Source: Patescibacteria group bacterium | Lineage (GTDB): Bacteria > Patescibacteriota > Patescibacteriia > GWA2-46-9 | Length of the DNA: 64,000 bases | Reading direction: 5' to 3' | Assembly (NCBI GenBank): GCA_041675205.1 | Contig: JBAYUF010000004.1 | Span: 29,898 to 93,897 of the forward strand | Part shown: piece by piece, positions 55,586 to 64,000 of the stretch | Position numbering within the stretch: position 1 is the first letter of the stretch | Layout of the letters: every line of letters starts with the position of its first letter | The notes under the pieces: model-generated | The model's input: the letters and a program-made list of their open reading frames with translations, nothing else | What the model was told of the DNA's origin: nothing | Databases searched by the model: none | Made by a program: the position numbers and the translations under genes

Positions 55586-57766
55586 ATGAAAAAAATAATT
55601 TCTTCTCTGCTTGTCGCTTGTATTTTTTTACTCCAACTGCAACCGGCGTTGGCTCAGGAAGTGTATCCTGAATTCAGTGCGAATATTCTTATACCAGACG
55701 CTGCGTTTACTGATACGTCTACCTTCGGCGGACCAGAAGGCATCCAACACTTCTTAGAATCAAAAGGAAGCGTTCTTGCCAACACCCAAATAGATTTTTT
55801 GATAAAATTAAATGAACCAAACGACACGACGGTTAAGCAAGCATTGGATGATCCGCAGCCAAACATCGGACGCCTGAGAACGGCCGCTGAACTTATTTGG
55901 GATGCTGCCCGAGCCAGTGGTTTAAATCCGCAGATCATCTTAGTTACCCTGCAAAAAGAGCAAGGACTCATCGCCAATAAAATCTCACCTGACCGATTAC
56001 CGCTCGTATTAAATCGAGCATTAGGATTTGATTGTCCGATTGCTACTGGATGCGGCAATCTTTTTCCCGGCTTTTACTACCAGCTATTTGGCAATATTGA
56101 TACCGAAGGAAATCGATACTTGGGCGCACCAAAATCACTTGTGAAATCATTTACGACACCAGGCGGACGTGGGCCAACCATCAACGGTGCAACGACAAAA
56201 GTTGGTGATAGCATTGTTCTAACAAATACTGTGGGAGACTATGCAAACGTGCAAACCTCGCAAAGCGTTACGCTTGGCAATCGAGCAACAGCCGCACTCT
56301 ATCGCTATACACCCCATGTCTTTAATGGAAACTATAACTTCTGGAAATTCTTTACTGGCTGGTTCAAATATCCGAATGGAACGCTCATTAAAACACTACA
56401 CGACAATGTCGTCTTTATTATTCAAGACGGATCTCGACAACACGTGCCAGGTTTCGTAGCCGCCGCACGTACTATAAACCAAGCAACGGCACTAACTGTC
56501 TCGCCAATCGAACTTACGAATTACCCACTTGGCCCGACCTATGGCCCCAATGACAACACTGTCGTTACTGCAAACGGTACGTTCTTTGTCTTCATTGCAA
56601 ACGTCATGCATCCCGCCACCACGTTTGTATTGCAGCAGCGAAAACTTGATCCAACCAAAAGTTTGTCTATTTCTCCAGCAGAAGCGAGCCTCTTTACCAC
56701 CGGCCCTCAGCTGACGCCAAGTAATGGCACGGTGGTACGAGGAGAAACCAACCCTGCCATCTACCTCGTCGACCAGAGTGTTTTGAAATTATTCACCCCG
56801 TTCACCTTACAGCAACACAATGCTGGTAATCTGGTACAAAAAATTCCTGACGCAGAGATTTCCTTATACGCAAAACAGGGGCATGTCTTTCCCTTAAAAG
56901 GTACGCTTATCAAAAGCGCGGCCAGTACGAGTGTCTATCTTATGAGTGAAGCACAACGACTACCACTGACTGCTGACCTATTCAAGAACCTTGGCTTCAA
57001 CACAAAAACTATTGCTACAGTGAACGATGTTGCGCTCGCTGAAATTCCAGTAGGTGCGTCGCCCACACCTCGTGACGGCACGTACTTCACTAGTAAAGAA
57101 TCAAAAGAAATGTACGTATTCAAAGGTGGGGCCAAGCATCCTATCTCGGCATTCGTGGCCAAGCAACGAGCCATTAAACCTGACTACGCTTTCGAAGCAA
57201 GTATCGTTAGCAATTGGCCAGACGGCATCGCCCTAACCCCAAAAGACGGCACACTGATAAAAAGTAACCTCTCGGCAAGCGTCTACGTTGTGATGAGTGG
57301 TCAACTGCGACCGCTCACGGCCGAACTGTTCAAGAATCTGGGTTACAACTTCAAAAATGTCGCAACAATTCCCGACAACGAGGTGGCTGTTTACCCTAAA
57401 GAAAGTTTTGCCACACCAAAAGAAAATACCTACTTTAGCGTTGCTGAAACACAGGAATTCTATCTATTTAGCAAAGGCACGAAGCGACGCATCTATCCAT
57501 TTATTGCAAAGCAGCGTGGCATGACACCCGATTATACGTTTAGTATTGAAGTGGCGAGTGGCTGGCAAAGTGGTATACCCGTGGCGGCGCGCGATGGAAC
57601 GCTCGTCAAAAGCGAAACATTGTCGACTGTCTACGTTGTCGTAACAGGAACGCTGCGGCCCTTAACCAGTACGGCATTCGCCCGACGTGGCTACAGCAGT
57701 AAAAAAATAACGGTTATCCCGCAAACGGAGCTTGATGGCTTACCGAAAGGCGCTTTGATTCAATAA
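55586..57766 (+). CDS. Large secreted protein with five or more ~50-aa tandem repeats (GTLIKS...SVYVV..G.LRPLT...F...GY)
   Basis: A signal peptide is followed by an N-terminal domain with a possible lysozyme/transglycosylase-like segment (NPQIILVTLQKEQGL). The C-terminus carries the repeat array. Confidence 0.6.
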   Translation: MKKIISSLLVACIFLLQLQPALAQEVYPEFSANILIPDAAFTDTSTFGGPEGIQHFLESKGSVLANTQIDFLIKLNEPNDTTVKQALDDPQPNIGRLRTAAELIWDAARASGLNPQIILVTLQKEQGLIANKISPDRLPLVLNRALGFDCPIATGCGNLFPGFYYQLFGNIDTEGNRYLGAPKSLVKSFTTPGGRGPTINGATTKVGDSIVLTNTVGDYANVQTSQSVTLGNRATAALYRYTPHVFNGNYNFWKFFTGWFKYPNGTLIKTLHDNVVFIIQDGSRQHVPGFVAAARTINQATALTVSPIELTNYPLGPTYGPNDNTVVTANGTFFVFIANVMHPATTFVLQQRKLDPTKSLSISPAEASLFTTGPQLTPSNGTVVRGETNPAIYLVDQSVLKLFTPFTLQQHNAGNLVQKIPDAEISLYAKQGHVFPLKGTLIKSAASTSVYLMSEAQRLPLTADLFKNLGFNTKTIATVNDVALAEIPVGASPTPRDGTYFTSKESKEMYVFKGGAKHPISAFVAKQRAIKPDYAFEASIVSNWPDGIALTPKDGTLIKSNLSASVYVVMSGQLRPLTAELFKNLGYNFKNVATIPDNEVAVYPKESFATPKENTYFSVAETQEFYLFSKGTKRRIYPFIAKQRGMTPDYTFSIEVASGWQSGIPVAARDGTLVKSETLSTVYVVVTGTLRPLTSTAFARRGYSSKKITVIPQTELDGLPKGALIQ

Positions 57767-57788
57767 TAAAAATTCAACCAAAACGTCA

Positions 57789-59552
57789 TTACGACACCAA
57801 CCACTGCTGGACTGCTCGAAACTTTTGTATATACGAACGTGTCTCTGTTCGTAAGCCATAGGTGCTGTTAACTGTTGTCTGCCAAGCATTACCGAAACGA
57901 GAAATGGCCAAGCGAATTCTACCCGGGCCGCCGTTATATGCCGCTGCTAAGGCTTCGGCCACAACGACATTGAACAATTCTGGATTACTGGTTATGTACT
58001 GCTGCACCGAGCTTTCAAGTGACGCCGCATTTGCATCGTGATACAGCGCCATGGCCTTAAACCCATTCACATGATTAACCATACCAGAGCGAAAATCTGG
58101 AATGAGCTTTGCCGAAGGATACAATCGAGTAATGCCGCTATACGTACTGCTGATAAATTGCGCTAGTCCGAATGCTCCGGCCGACGAGCCTGAAAATTGG
58201 TAACTATCTTCGCGGTTCGTTGCAAGAATAGCGAAAACTTTATTAACCACCGCATCCTTATTACTAGCGTTCACAAATTCTGTTGTATCCATGTGTTCTA
58301 TGAGCGCAATAGCTTTTAGCAAATTAGGGTCAGCAAAATCAGCCACCAAACCATTATGCGAGCGTGAACGAACGCCAAGTTGCCGCAGTTCTGTAGTCGC
58401 CTGAGTAACGACACTATCAAGGTAGCTGCGGCCAGACGCGACAATCACGGGGTCTAAGAAAGCAGTATTAAATGGCACGTAGACTTCTTCTGTTGGTGGA
58501 AATGTACCTAATGACCCGGGTGGAGCATCAAAAATCGGGAATCGATTGGCGAGCACTTTGTACCCTGTTGGCGAGGTTACCGTGTACTGCACATTTACCC
58601 CATTACCACTGTCGTAGCGCACATTAAACCCTGGCGTGCGCGATACCGCCTTCGGAACAGTCCGTATACTGCCGCCACTAGCCACACGTTCGGTGGTGAG
58701 CACAACCTGCACAAGTCGCATCTCGTTGTTTTGTTCGTGCCACGCGGCGAGTAATACCTCTCTATCAGCCGGTACGGTATCCGTCCACTGACGCACAAGT
58801 GAACCTGAACCGACAACAGGCAAACCACGCTGCTCGAGTGCAGCTAACGTTTTGGGGCCCACGGTACCAACTTGTTCTATTGCAACTGCTTTTTGAAATG
58901 CCAGAACAGCTGCTTCGGTAGCTGGACCAAAAATCCCATTCGGCGTAATTGTTTTTGGGAAATACCCTAAGGTTTGCAAAATCCGCTGCACCGCCTCAAC
59001 GTCGCTGCCGCTAACACCAGCAGTAAGTGTGCGAGCTATTCCTGCTTGCTTTTCTTGCAAGTACACCGGCGCAGCAGCGTGGAGGAGTGCGCGAGCTTCA
59101 CTCACCTTGTCGAGAAGCGGATGCACGCTTTGGGGTGGTGGTGTTTGGCTGCCGGGAGCGTCGTACCAGGTTAACTCTAATTGGTTTAGAATTGCTATTT
59201 CGTCCCACGCAAACCCCTGCGCTAAAAAATCCGCGGCAGAAGTAATTGCAATACGTTGCCCGCTTGTAATAGAAAAAACGGCCGGACTGTTCGCTAATTT
59301 TATGACGCGCGTCTGCGGTAGAGCATCAAACGCCGCACGGTCAAGTAAACGAACGTCGGCAAAACGAAAACCGTAGGAATTAAAGATGGCTTCATTTGGA
59401 ATGTGACGTTTCCGTTGTTTTGAAATTACGTACACACGACTATCGCCCGCTACCTGCCACAGTGAGCCTTCGGGGAATAGCGTTTCCGCTGCAACGGTAG
59501 GTCCTGAAACAGTGGTGAACAAAGTAAAGACCGACACTATGATGAGTGCCAC
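57789..59552 (-). CDS. Peptidoglycan-binding domain / lytic transglycosylase (SLT) protein
   Basis: A PG_binding_1-like segment (VEAVQRILQTLGYF...GIFGPATEAAVLAFQKA) is present, with a C-terminal SLT-like segment (AFGLAQFISSTYSGI). Confidence 0.7.
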   Translation of the reverse strand: MALIIVSVFTLFTTVSGPTVAAETLFPEGSLWQVAGDSRVYVISKQRKRHIPNEAIFNSYGFRFADVRLLDRAAFDALPQTRVIKLANSPAVFSITSGQRIAITSAADFLAQGFAWDEIAILNQLELTWYDAPGSQTPPPQSVHPLLDKVSEARALLHAAAPVYLQEKQAGIARTLTAGVSGSDVEAVQRILQTLGYFPKTITPNGIFGPATEAAVLAFQKAVAIEQVGTVGPKTLAALEQRGLPVVGSGSLVRQWTDTVPADREVLLAAWHEQNNEMRLVQVVLTTERVASGGSIRTVPKAVSRTPGFNVRYDSGNGVNVQYTVTSPTGYKVLANRFPIFDAPPGSLGTFPPTEEVYVPFNTAFLDPVIVASGRSYLDSVVTQATTELRQLGVRSRSHNGLVADFADPNLLKAIALIEHMDTTEFVNASNKDAVVNKVFAILATNREDSYQFSGSSAGAFGLAQFISSTYSGITRLYPSAKLIPDFRSGMVNHVNGFKAMALYHDANAASLESSVQQYITSNPELFNVVVAEALAAAYNGGPGRIRLAISRFGNAWQTTVNSTYGLRTETRSYIQKFRAVQQWLVS

Positions 59553-59794
59553 GCGATACGAATGTATTTTTTGAAAACGTAAAATATTCAGAACTTTTTC
59601 TTAAACTACAATACTTTTTTTAGTATACTACACAATGAAAGACTTTCGTTATTTCATAATGCGGTTTCTGTAAATTTGAAATGTATAAAGACAGCGGCGA
59701 ATGGGTCAGCATCGCCAACCTCCCCGCCCTTCGCGTATTGTCTTCACCACTTATTTGAAGCGTTGCTGAGATAAATAGATGTATTCAAAATTTT

Positions 59795-60511
59795 TTGTTA
59801 TACTTTTTGCTATTATATATGATACCAATTTTCTTAATTGCCGCCGTCATAAATGTTTTATTATCGACGGCAATTGTTATTCGTTTACGAAGTTCTTTTC
59901 AAAATAACGAAAAAGCAACCGCGAATAAACTTTTTATACTTTTTTACGAATTTTTTGGCTGCGCCTGGGTTGCGTGGACACTCGTCTACCTGGTTGATGA
60001 CCCCTATGGGAAAAATGCTTTGGATATAGTGGGTTACTTTCTATTAATTTTTTCAACGGCATTTATCGTGCAGGTACCCCTACTGCTTAGGCAAAAAAGG
60101 GCTGCTGCATTTTTTTTCTCAATACTTGAATTGCTTATTGCACTAATTTACGCCCTTGGTCGTGTAATGTATTTCCATCCTATGGCGCTTGCCACCACCG
60201 CACCTTTTTATATGTGGATACCAACTGAAGAAAACCAACTTATTTATTTATTGGGAATTAGTACCGTACCTGGAGCAATTGCCATATCGGTTACTTTTTA
60301 CATTATGGGGAAAAATGCATCATCCCAAATTAGAAAAAAATCTGTTTACCTTGCACTTGGAAAATTTGTTTTGCTTCTGGCGGCAATTATTGCTTTTTTT
60401 ATAGTGCCCTACCAAAATACGTTGCTTGTTTATACCCTCGCGGCATTCCTAGTTTCAACAAGTCTGCTTCTAACTTTTTTTACCATAAAACACTTTCAAG
60501 TAACCAGCTGA
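59795..60511 (+). CDS. Hypothetical AT-rich polytopic membrane protein
   Basis: It has about 7 TM helices and GC of about 38%. Confidence 0.45.
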   Translation: MLYFLLLYMIPIFLIAAVINVLLSTAIVIRLRSSFQNNEKATANKLFILFYEFFGCAWVAWTLVYLVDDPYGKNALDIVGYFLLIFSTAFIVQVPLLLRQKRAAAFFFSILELLIALIYALGRVMYFHPMALATTAPFYMWIPTEENQLIYLLGISTVPGAIAISVTFYIMGKNASSQIRKKSVYLALGKFVLLLAAIIAFFIVPYQNTLLVYTLAAFLVSTSLLLTFFTIKHFQVTS

Positions 60512-61362
60512 CGGTACTTCATTTTATACTCCTTCAGGTTCGCTACGATAATAAAGCTGATGATAACGAGGAGTGACCATGAACTCACTTTGCCAGGGTG
60601 CACAAGCGTCCAGGTAACCGCTTGGTCTGGGTACTGCCACGCACCAAAAAACGTTGCTACATTTTCAGCTATCCAAATAAAGAAGCCAATGAGTACGAAA
60701 GAGAGTGGTAGCGGCATTGAAAACTCTTTTTTCGTCACCGTAAAGTAAACCTTTGTGCGATAAAATACTACGAGCACAAGGAGTGCCAACAGCCAACGAA
60801 AATCGTAAACGTAGTGATGCGTGAAAAAATTAAGATAAATCGCTGCGGCGAGTGGGACAGTAATTGCTTGCCCAGGACTCCCCGTTAGGCGCAGGTGGAA
60901 AAGTTTCCAGGCTTGGCTAATGTAGCTGCCAACAGCGGCGTACATAAAGCCGCTGTAGAGTGGCACGCTAAAAATTTTCAAGTAACCAAATTCAGGGTAC
61001 GTCCACGAACCAATTTCTGGTCGAGTCTTAAAGACTTCCAGAACAAAACCGACCACATGGAACAGGGCAATCGTTTTTGCTTCGTCTGTGGTTTCTAATT
61101 TTGTCCAAATGAGGACTGCTTGAATTACTACAGCGCCAAGAAAAATGAAGTCATACCGAGGCAGCGGGCCAAGCGGTATAACCGTTGAAACAAAAAGCAA
61201 CGCAAAAAAAGAACCAGCGAACACGCAAGCTCGGGCTTGCTTTAAACCAAAAATTATTGCTTCACGAATAAACACGTATTTACTGTTTTCGAACTGGATT
61301 TTTAAAAGATGTGTAGGCACCAATGAACCGAGGTTTTCTGCCCCCGTCAGGCCACTCGACAA
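60496..61362 (-). CDS. DUF817 family membrane protein
   Basis: Its polytopic topology fits the family. The annotated start overlaps the upstream gene by 82 nt, so the true start may lie downstream. Confidence 0.5.
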   Translation of the reverse strand: MSSGLTGAENLGSLVPTHLLKIQFENSKYVFIREAIIFGLKQARACVFAGSFFALLFVSTVIPLGPLPRYDFIFLGAVVIQAVLIWTKLETTDEAKTIALFHVVGFVLEVFKTRPEIGSWTYPEFGYLKIFSVPLYSGFMYAAVGSYISQAWKLFHLRLTGSPGQAITVPLAAAIYLNFFTHHYVYDFRWLLALLVLVVFYRTKVYFTVTKKEFSMPLPLSFVLIGFFIWIAENVATFFGAWQYPDQAVTWTLVHPGKVSSWSLLVIISFIIVANLKEYKMKYRQLVT

Positions 61363-61558
61363 GTTCAGTAAATTCCTTCAAATCGCGATAGTAAACAAGT
61401 CCATCTTTTAGAGAGATGTATACGACTGCCTTGTTCCCCTCTCGTGCGTTGGTCGATTCAGTGGCAACAAAAAGAACACGGTATGTTCCCCCTTTATAGT
61501 GCTGATACATTCCTGGAGTAACTTCTAGGTCGTGAGGCATATCCAAAGTATAGCTCAT
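61280..61558 (-). CDS. DUF1653 domain protein
   Basis: MYQHYKGGTYRVLFVATESTNAREGNKAVVYISL matches DUF1653. The start is at MSYTLDMPHD. Confidence 0.6.
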   Translation of the reverse strand: MSYTLDMPHDLEVTPGMYQHYKGGTYRVLFVATESTNAREGNKAVVYISLKDGLVYYRDLKEFTELVEWPDGGRKPRFIGAYTSFKNPVRKQ

Positions 61559-61638
61559 CAAAATGTAAAAAGGACGAAAGGCGGGTCGGTCGGCGTTGCC
61601 AACTTCCCCGCCTCTCTCGTGATCCTGGCTGAGTAGTC

Positions 61639-61860
61639 TCAGCTTCTGGAAGGTTTGATGAGACCTTCCCTGACGCAAAGCACGGCCGCCTGCGTGCGGT
61701 TCTTGACGCCGATCTTGCGGAAAATCCGCTTGAGCTCTGACTTGATGGTCTCGGCCGAGACCTTCAGGTCCCTGGCAATCTCCGCATTCTTGAGGCCATC
61801 CGAAACCAGCCCCAGCACCTTCTTTTCATGATCGGTGAGCTGAAAACCATTGGCGTTCAT
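61639..61860 (-). CDS. LuxR/GerE-family HTH transcriptional regulator (stand-alone)
   Basis: LTDHEKKVLGLVSDGLKNAEIARDLKVSAETIKSELKRIFRKIGVKNR is present. The gene is GC-rich and preceded by an AGGAGAG SD. Confidence 0.7.
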   Translation of the reverse strand: MNANGFQLTDHEKKVLGLVSDGLKNAEIARDLKVSAETIKSELKRIFRKIGVKNRTQAAVLCVREGLIKPSRS

Positions 61861-62013
61861 GGAACTCTCCTGGAAACATAGTACCTTCCCATGGGCAGAA
61901 GGTCCGGTGCCAAGTTTTCATACATACACCAAAGTGTCAAGATTAACACGGCATATTAAATACCCAAGCGAATGCAATTGTATCAATTGATAGTACGGAA
62001 TCGTTGCCAGAAA

Positions 62014-63414
62014 TCAGCGCGCGACCTGTTCAATTACCTTATAGGCAAAGAAGATAAAGAAAACAGAAATGCACGCCAGCAATATATTTGTAATTATTCC
62101 TGGTCGTATTTCCCTCTCTAGTTTAGTGTTGTTCAAATACAGAAGCATTGGCGTATATACAGCCATACTAAGGCCGCCCAGCACGCCGGAGATTGTAAGG
62201 AGCACGAGTGGCTGCTTCATGGGGAGGAGTAAAGCCCCGAGCAGCACAACCACGGTTATTACTCCGTAATAAAGCTGACTTAAACTGAGACGACTAAAAA
62301 CCCTGAATGCTCGCTGATTGCCGCCGGCGCGAGAATTAGTATAGACAATGTCGCTCACCATGCGCGTCAACGCATCAATCACCGTCCACATAACTGAGAA
62401 GAGCATTAGGAACGCCATGACGAGAAAAAGTTTATAACCAACAATACCCCACTGATCGCCAAAAATATGGGCTTGTACCACCGCCACAGCAAAACCTTCC
62501 GGTACTAAACCACGCGGCACTAACACGGCATGCGCATTTGCGCTGAGTAGCACGAGCGTGATGAAACCAAGGAGCCAAAATATTAATCCCTGATCAATAT
62601 TGATATACCGCATCCACCCCCGCCACCGCTGCAGATTTTCTGGTGTCAAAGCAAATGTATAACCCGTAGCTGCGGCGGCTTCCTGTCTACCAGTAATGGG
62701 ATTCACAATTCGTCCCACGTATTTCCCCATACCGATTTGTTTGTCGCGGTACCACAAACCGACACAAAGATTAAGCATGCCACCGGCACCGGCAAAAACA
62801 ATGGCCCCGAGGAGCACATTAAAATCAACACCATCTGGAATATAACCAAAACGGGTTACCCCGCGCGCCACAGCCAAAACATCTTCCCATCCTAAATTAA
62901 CAAAACTAATAACTACCAGGATGACAAAGAAGGCGGGCACGGTCACTTTGAGCGAGCGCTCCAGCATGCGGTACGCCACGTGCCCGCTAAACGTTAAAAC
63001 GAGAACCAAACCAAGGGCAACGAATGACCAAAGATAGTGGCTCCCGAAACCAAATAATTCAAGCAGCGTCGTTCCAATAGCGCTCGCCCACCCTGGCCAT
63101 ATATATAAGAGAATTGCGGCTACCAACCAAAAGTAAGGTGACCAACGAAAAAACCGAGCTGAGGTTGTGAAGAATCCTTCACCAGTCGCAATCGCATGCC
63201 GAGCAACTTCTTTATTAAGAACGTATTGGCAACTTATGCCAACGAGCGCAAGCCACAGTAAATCTAAACCATGTTTGGTTACTAAATGCGGCCAAAGAAT
63301 CAACTCGCCTGTTCCCATGGCAAGCCCCATGACCACAATGCCGACCCCAATGGCTTTCGACCAATGCGGCGGCTCCGGTAATTCGCGTTGTTCTAATGAC
63401 GGGAAAGTATCCAT
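62014..63414 (-). CDS. Nramp-like divalent metal cation transporter (MntH-related), tentative
   Basis: It has 11-12 TM helices and Nramp-like topology; the canonical DPGN motif is not obvious. Confidence 0.5.
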   Translation of the reverse strand: MDTFPSLEQRELPEPPHWSKAIGVGIVVMGLAMGTGELILWPHLVTKHGLDLLWLALVGISCQYVLNKEVARHAIATGEGFFTTSARFFRWSPYFWLVAAILLYIWPGWASAIGTTLLELFGFGSHYLWSFVALGLVLVLTFSGHVAYRMLERSLKVTVPAFFVILVVISFVNLGWEDVLAVARGVTRFGYIPDGVDFNVLLGAIVFAGAGGMLNLCVGLWYRDKQIGMGKYVGRIVNPITGRQEAAAATGYTFALTPENLQRWRGWMRYINIDQGLIFWLLGFITLVLLSANAHAVLVPRGLVPEGFAVAVVQAHIFGDQWGIVGYKLFLVMAFLMLFSVMWTVIDALTRMVSDIVYTNSRAGGNQRAFRVFSRLSLSQLYYGVITVVVLLGALLLPMKQPLVLLTISGVLGGLSMAVYTPMLLYLNNTKLEREIRPGIITNILLACISVFFIFFAYKVIEQVAR

Positions 63415-63448
63415 TGATAAACTTTAAAATTATTAATCACCAGTGACT

Positions 63449-64000
63449 TCATGCGGTACTCACTCTAAGTATTTTAATTACTCTTGTCACTTGATGCAGC
63501 CGATTCACTTCAGCAATAGCAATGGTATCAGCAACAAAGGTGCAACGAAGTTTACTGAGTTTTCTGGCAACTATTTTTGCAGCATCCGCTTCAATAAACA
63601 TTCCTAGTGTTAGATGAGGATTAAAGAACTTAAGTAGATGTTGTGTGCCATATCGCTGACGATACAAAACCTCGAGCTTGGTAGGCATACGGCCTTTACT
63701 GGTCCAGGGCATCTCACCCGTTCTAAAATCTTTACACTGCGCCACGATCTTGCGATGCAGAAAATTGAGTTCTTTAGGTTTTGATAGGTTAAGAGAAATT
63801 GAATTATTGGAGTGAACAATAATTCCGCAAGACCGAACAACTTGTGGCTGGTAATTGTCGAGTAATTTTTTTACCGTTGCTTCTACTTTTTTTATGTTTG
63901 CAACCGAAGTACGAATATGAAAAAGGCTAAGATGTGGAATTAATTTTCTATTATCAACTAGGAACTTAGATGTATAAGCTCGACTCTCGTTGCGAACCTG
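63449..64000 (-). CDS. 2H phosphoesterase (LigT/ThpR-like), 5'-partial at window edge
   Basis: A single frame runs from the window end to 63449 and contains both HxS/TL motifs (IPHLSLF and NPHLTLGMF). The internal M at 63745 is not the start. Confidence 0.6.
   Translation of the reverse strand, partial: QVRNESRAYTSKFLVDNRKLIPHLSLFHIRTSVANIKKVEATVKKLLDNYQPQVVRSCGIIVHSNNSISLNLSKPKELNFLHRKIVAQCKDFRTGEMPWTSKGRMPTKLEVLYRQRYGTQHLLKFFNPHLTLGMFIEADAAKIVARKLSKLRCTFVADTIAIAEVNRLHQVTRVIKILRVSTA

Noticed and set aside
63610-63840. ORF 63610-63840(-) and treating 63745 as the start of the 2H phosphoesterase
   Set aside because: Frame analysis shows a single open frame from the window edge through 63449 that contains both HxS/TL motifs; the 63610-63840 ORF is an overlapping wrong-frame artefact.
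1-64000. CRISPR arrays, rRNA genes, integrases/transposases/IS elements
   Set aside because: No array of short regular direct repeats, no rRNA-like conserved stretches, and no recombinase-like ORFs were seen in any frame.

Overview
This 64-kb window is a gene-dense stretch of a small, moderately low-GC (about 45-50%) bacterial genome. Most host genes have no Shine-Dalgarno (SD) sequence, which fits a reduced-genome lineage such as the Candidate Phyla Radiation (CPR), an episymbiont-like group. The core content is housekeeping. There is a valS-tyrS-argS aminoacyl-tRNA synthetase operon, lgt, glyQS, the rpmI/rplT/infC cluster, a tmRNA (ssrA) directly next to smpB, and a tRNA-Asp. Further along are typA, a DEAD-box helicase, pyrD, an ABC-F ATPase, uppP and csp. 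A DNA-damage block follows: lexA and a Y-family polymerase with an E. coli-like SOS box, a Cas4-like PD-(D/E)XK nuclease and a TrpD2/YbiB-like protein. Several metal-homeostasis genes are present: a ZIP transporter, a Fur-family regulator, a P1B-type ATPase, an Nramp-like transporter and a CNNM transporter. An ECF sigma/anti-sigma pair is present, and many envelope and secreted proteins are encoded: an M23 peptidase, two SIMPL-domain (DUF541) proteins, a peptidoglycan-binding/SLT protein, a collagen-like protein and a large repeat protein. The most unusual feature is a set of sharply GC-rich (about 58-62%) segments whose genes carry strong SD motifs. The largest is a 3.5-kb island (about 7.6-11.3 kb) next to a T4SS-pilin-like gene. 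It encodes two overlapping membrane proteins with no family I can recognise, and the first contains a tandemly duplicated TM-helix/RSRRRREDEE cassette. Other points worth a second look: the tRNA-Asp gene is flanked by two decayed tRNA-derived copies next to a GIY-YIG gene; a 640-bp structured non-coding region lies between typA and lexA; valS carries an AT-rich in-frame insertion; a DUF1003 paralog is frameshifted at a T4 tract; and several palindromic operator candidates are present. No CRISPR array, rRNA, integrase or transposase is evident.
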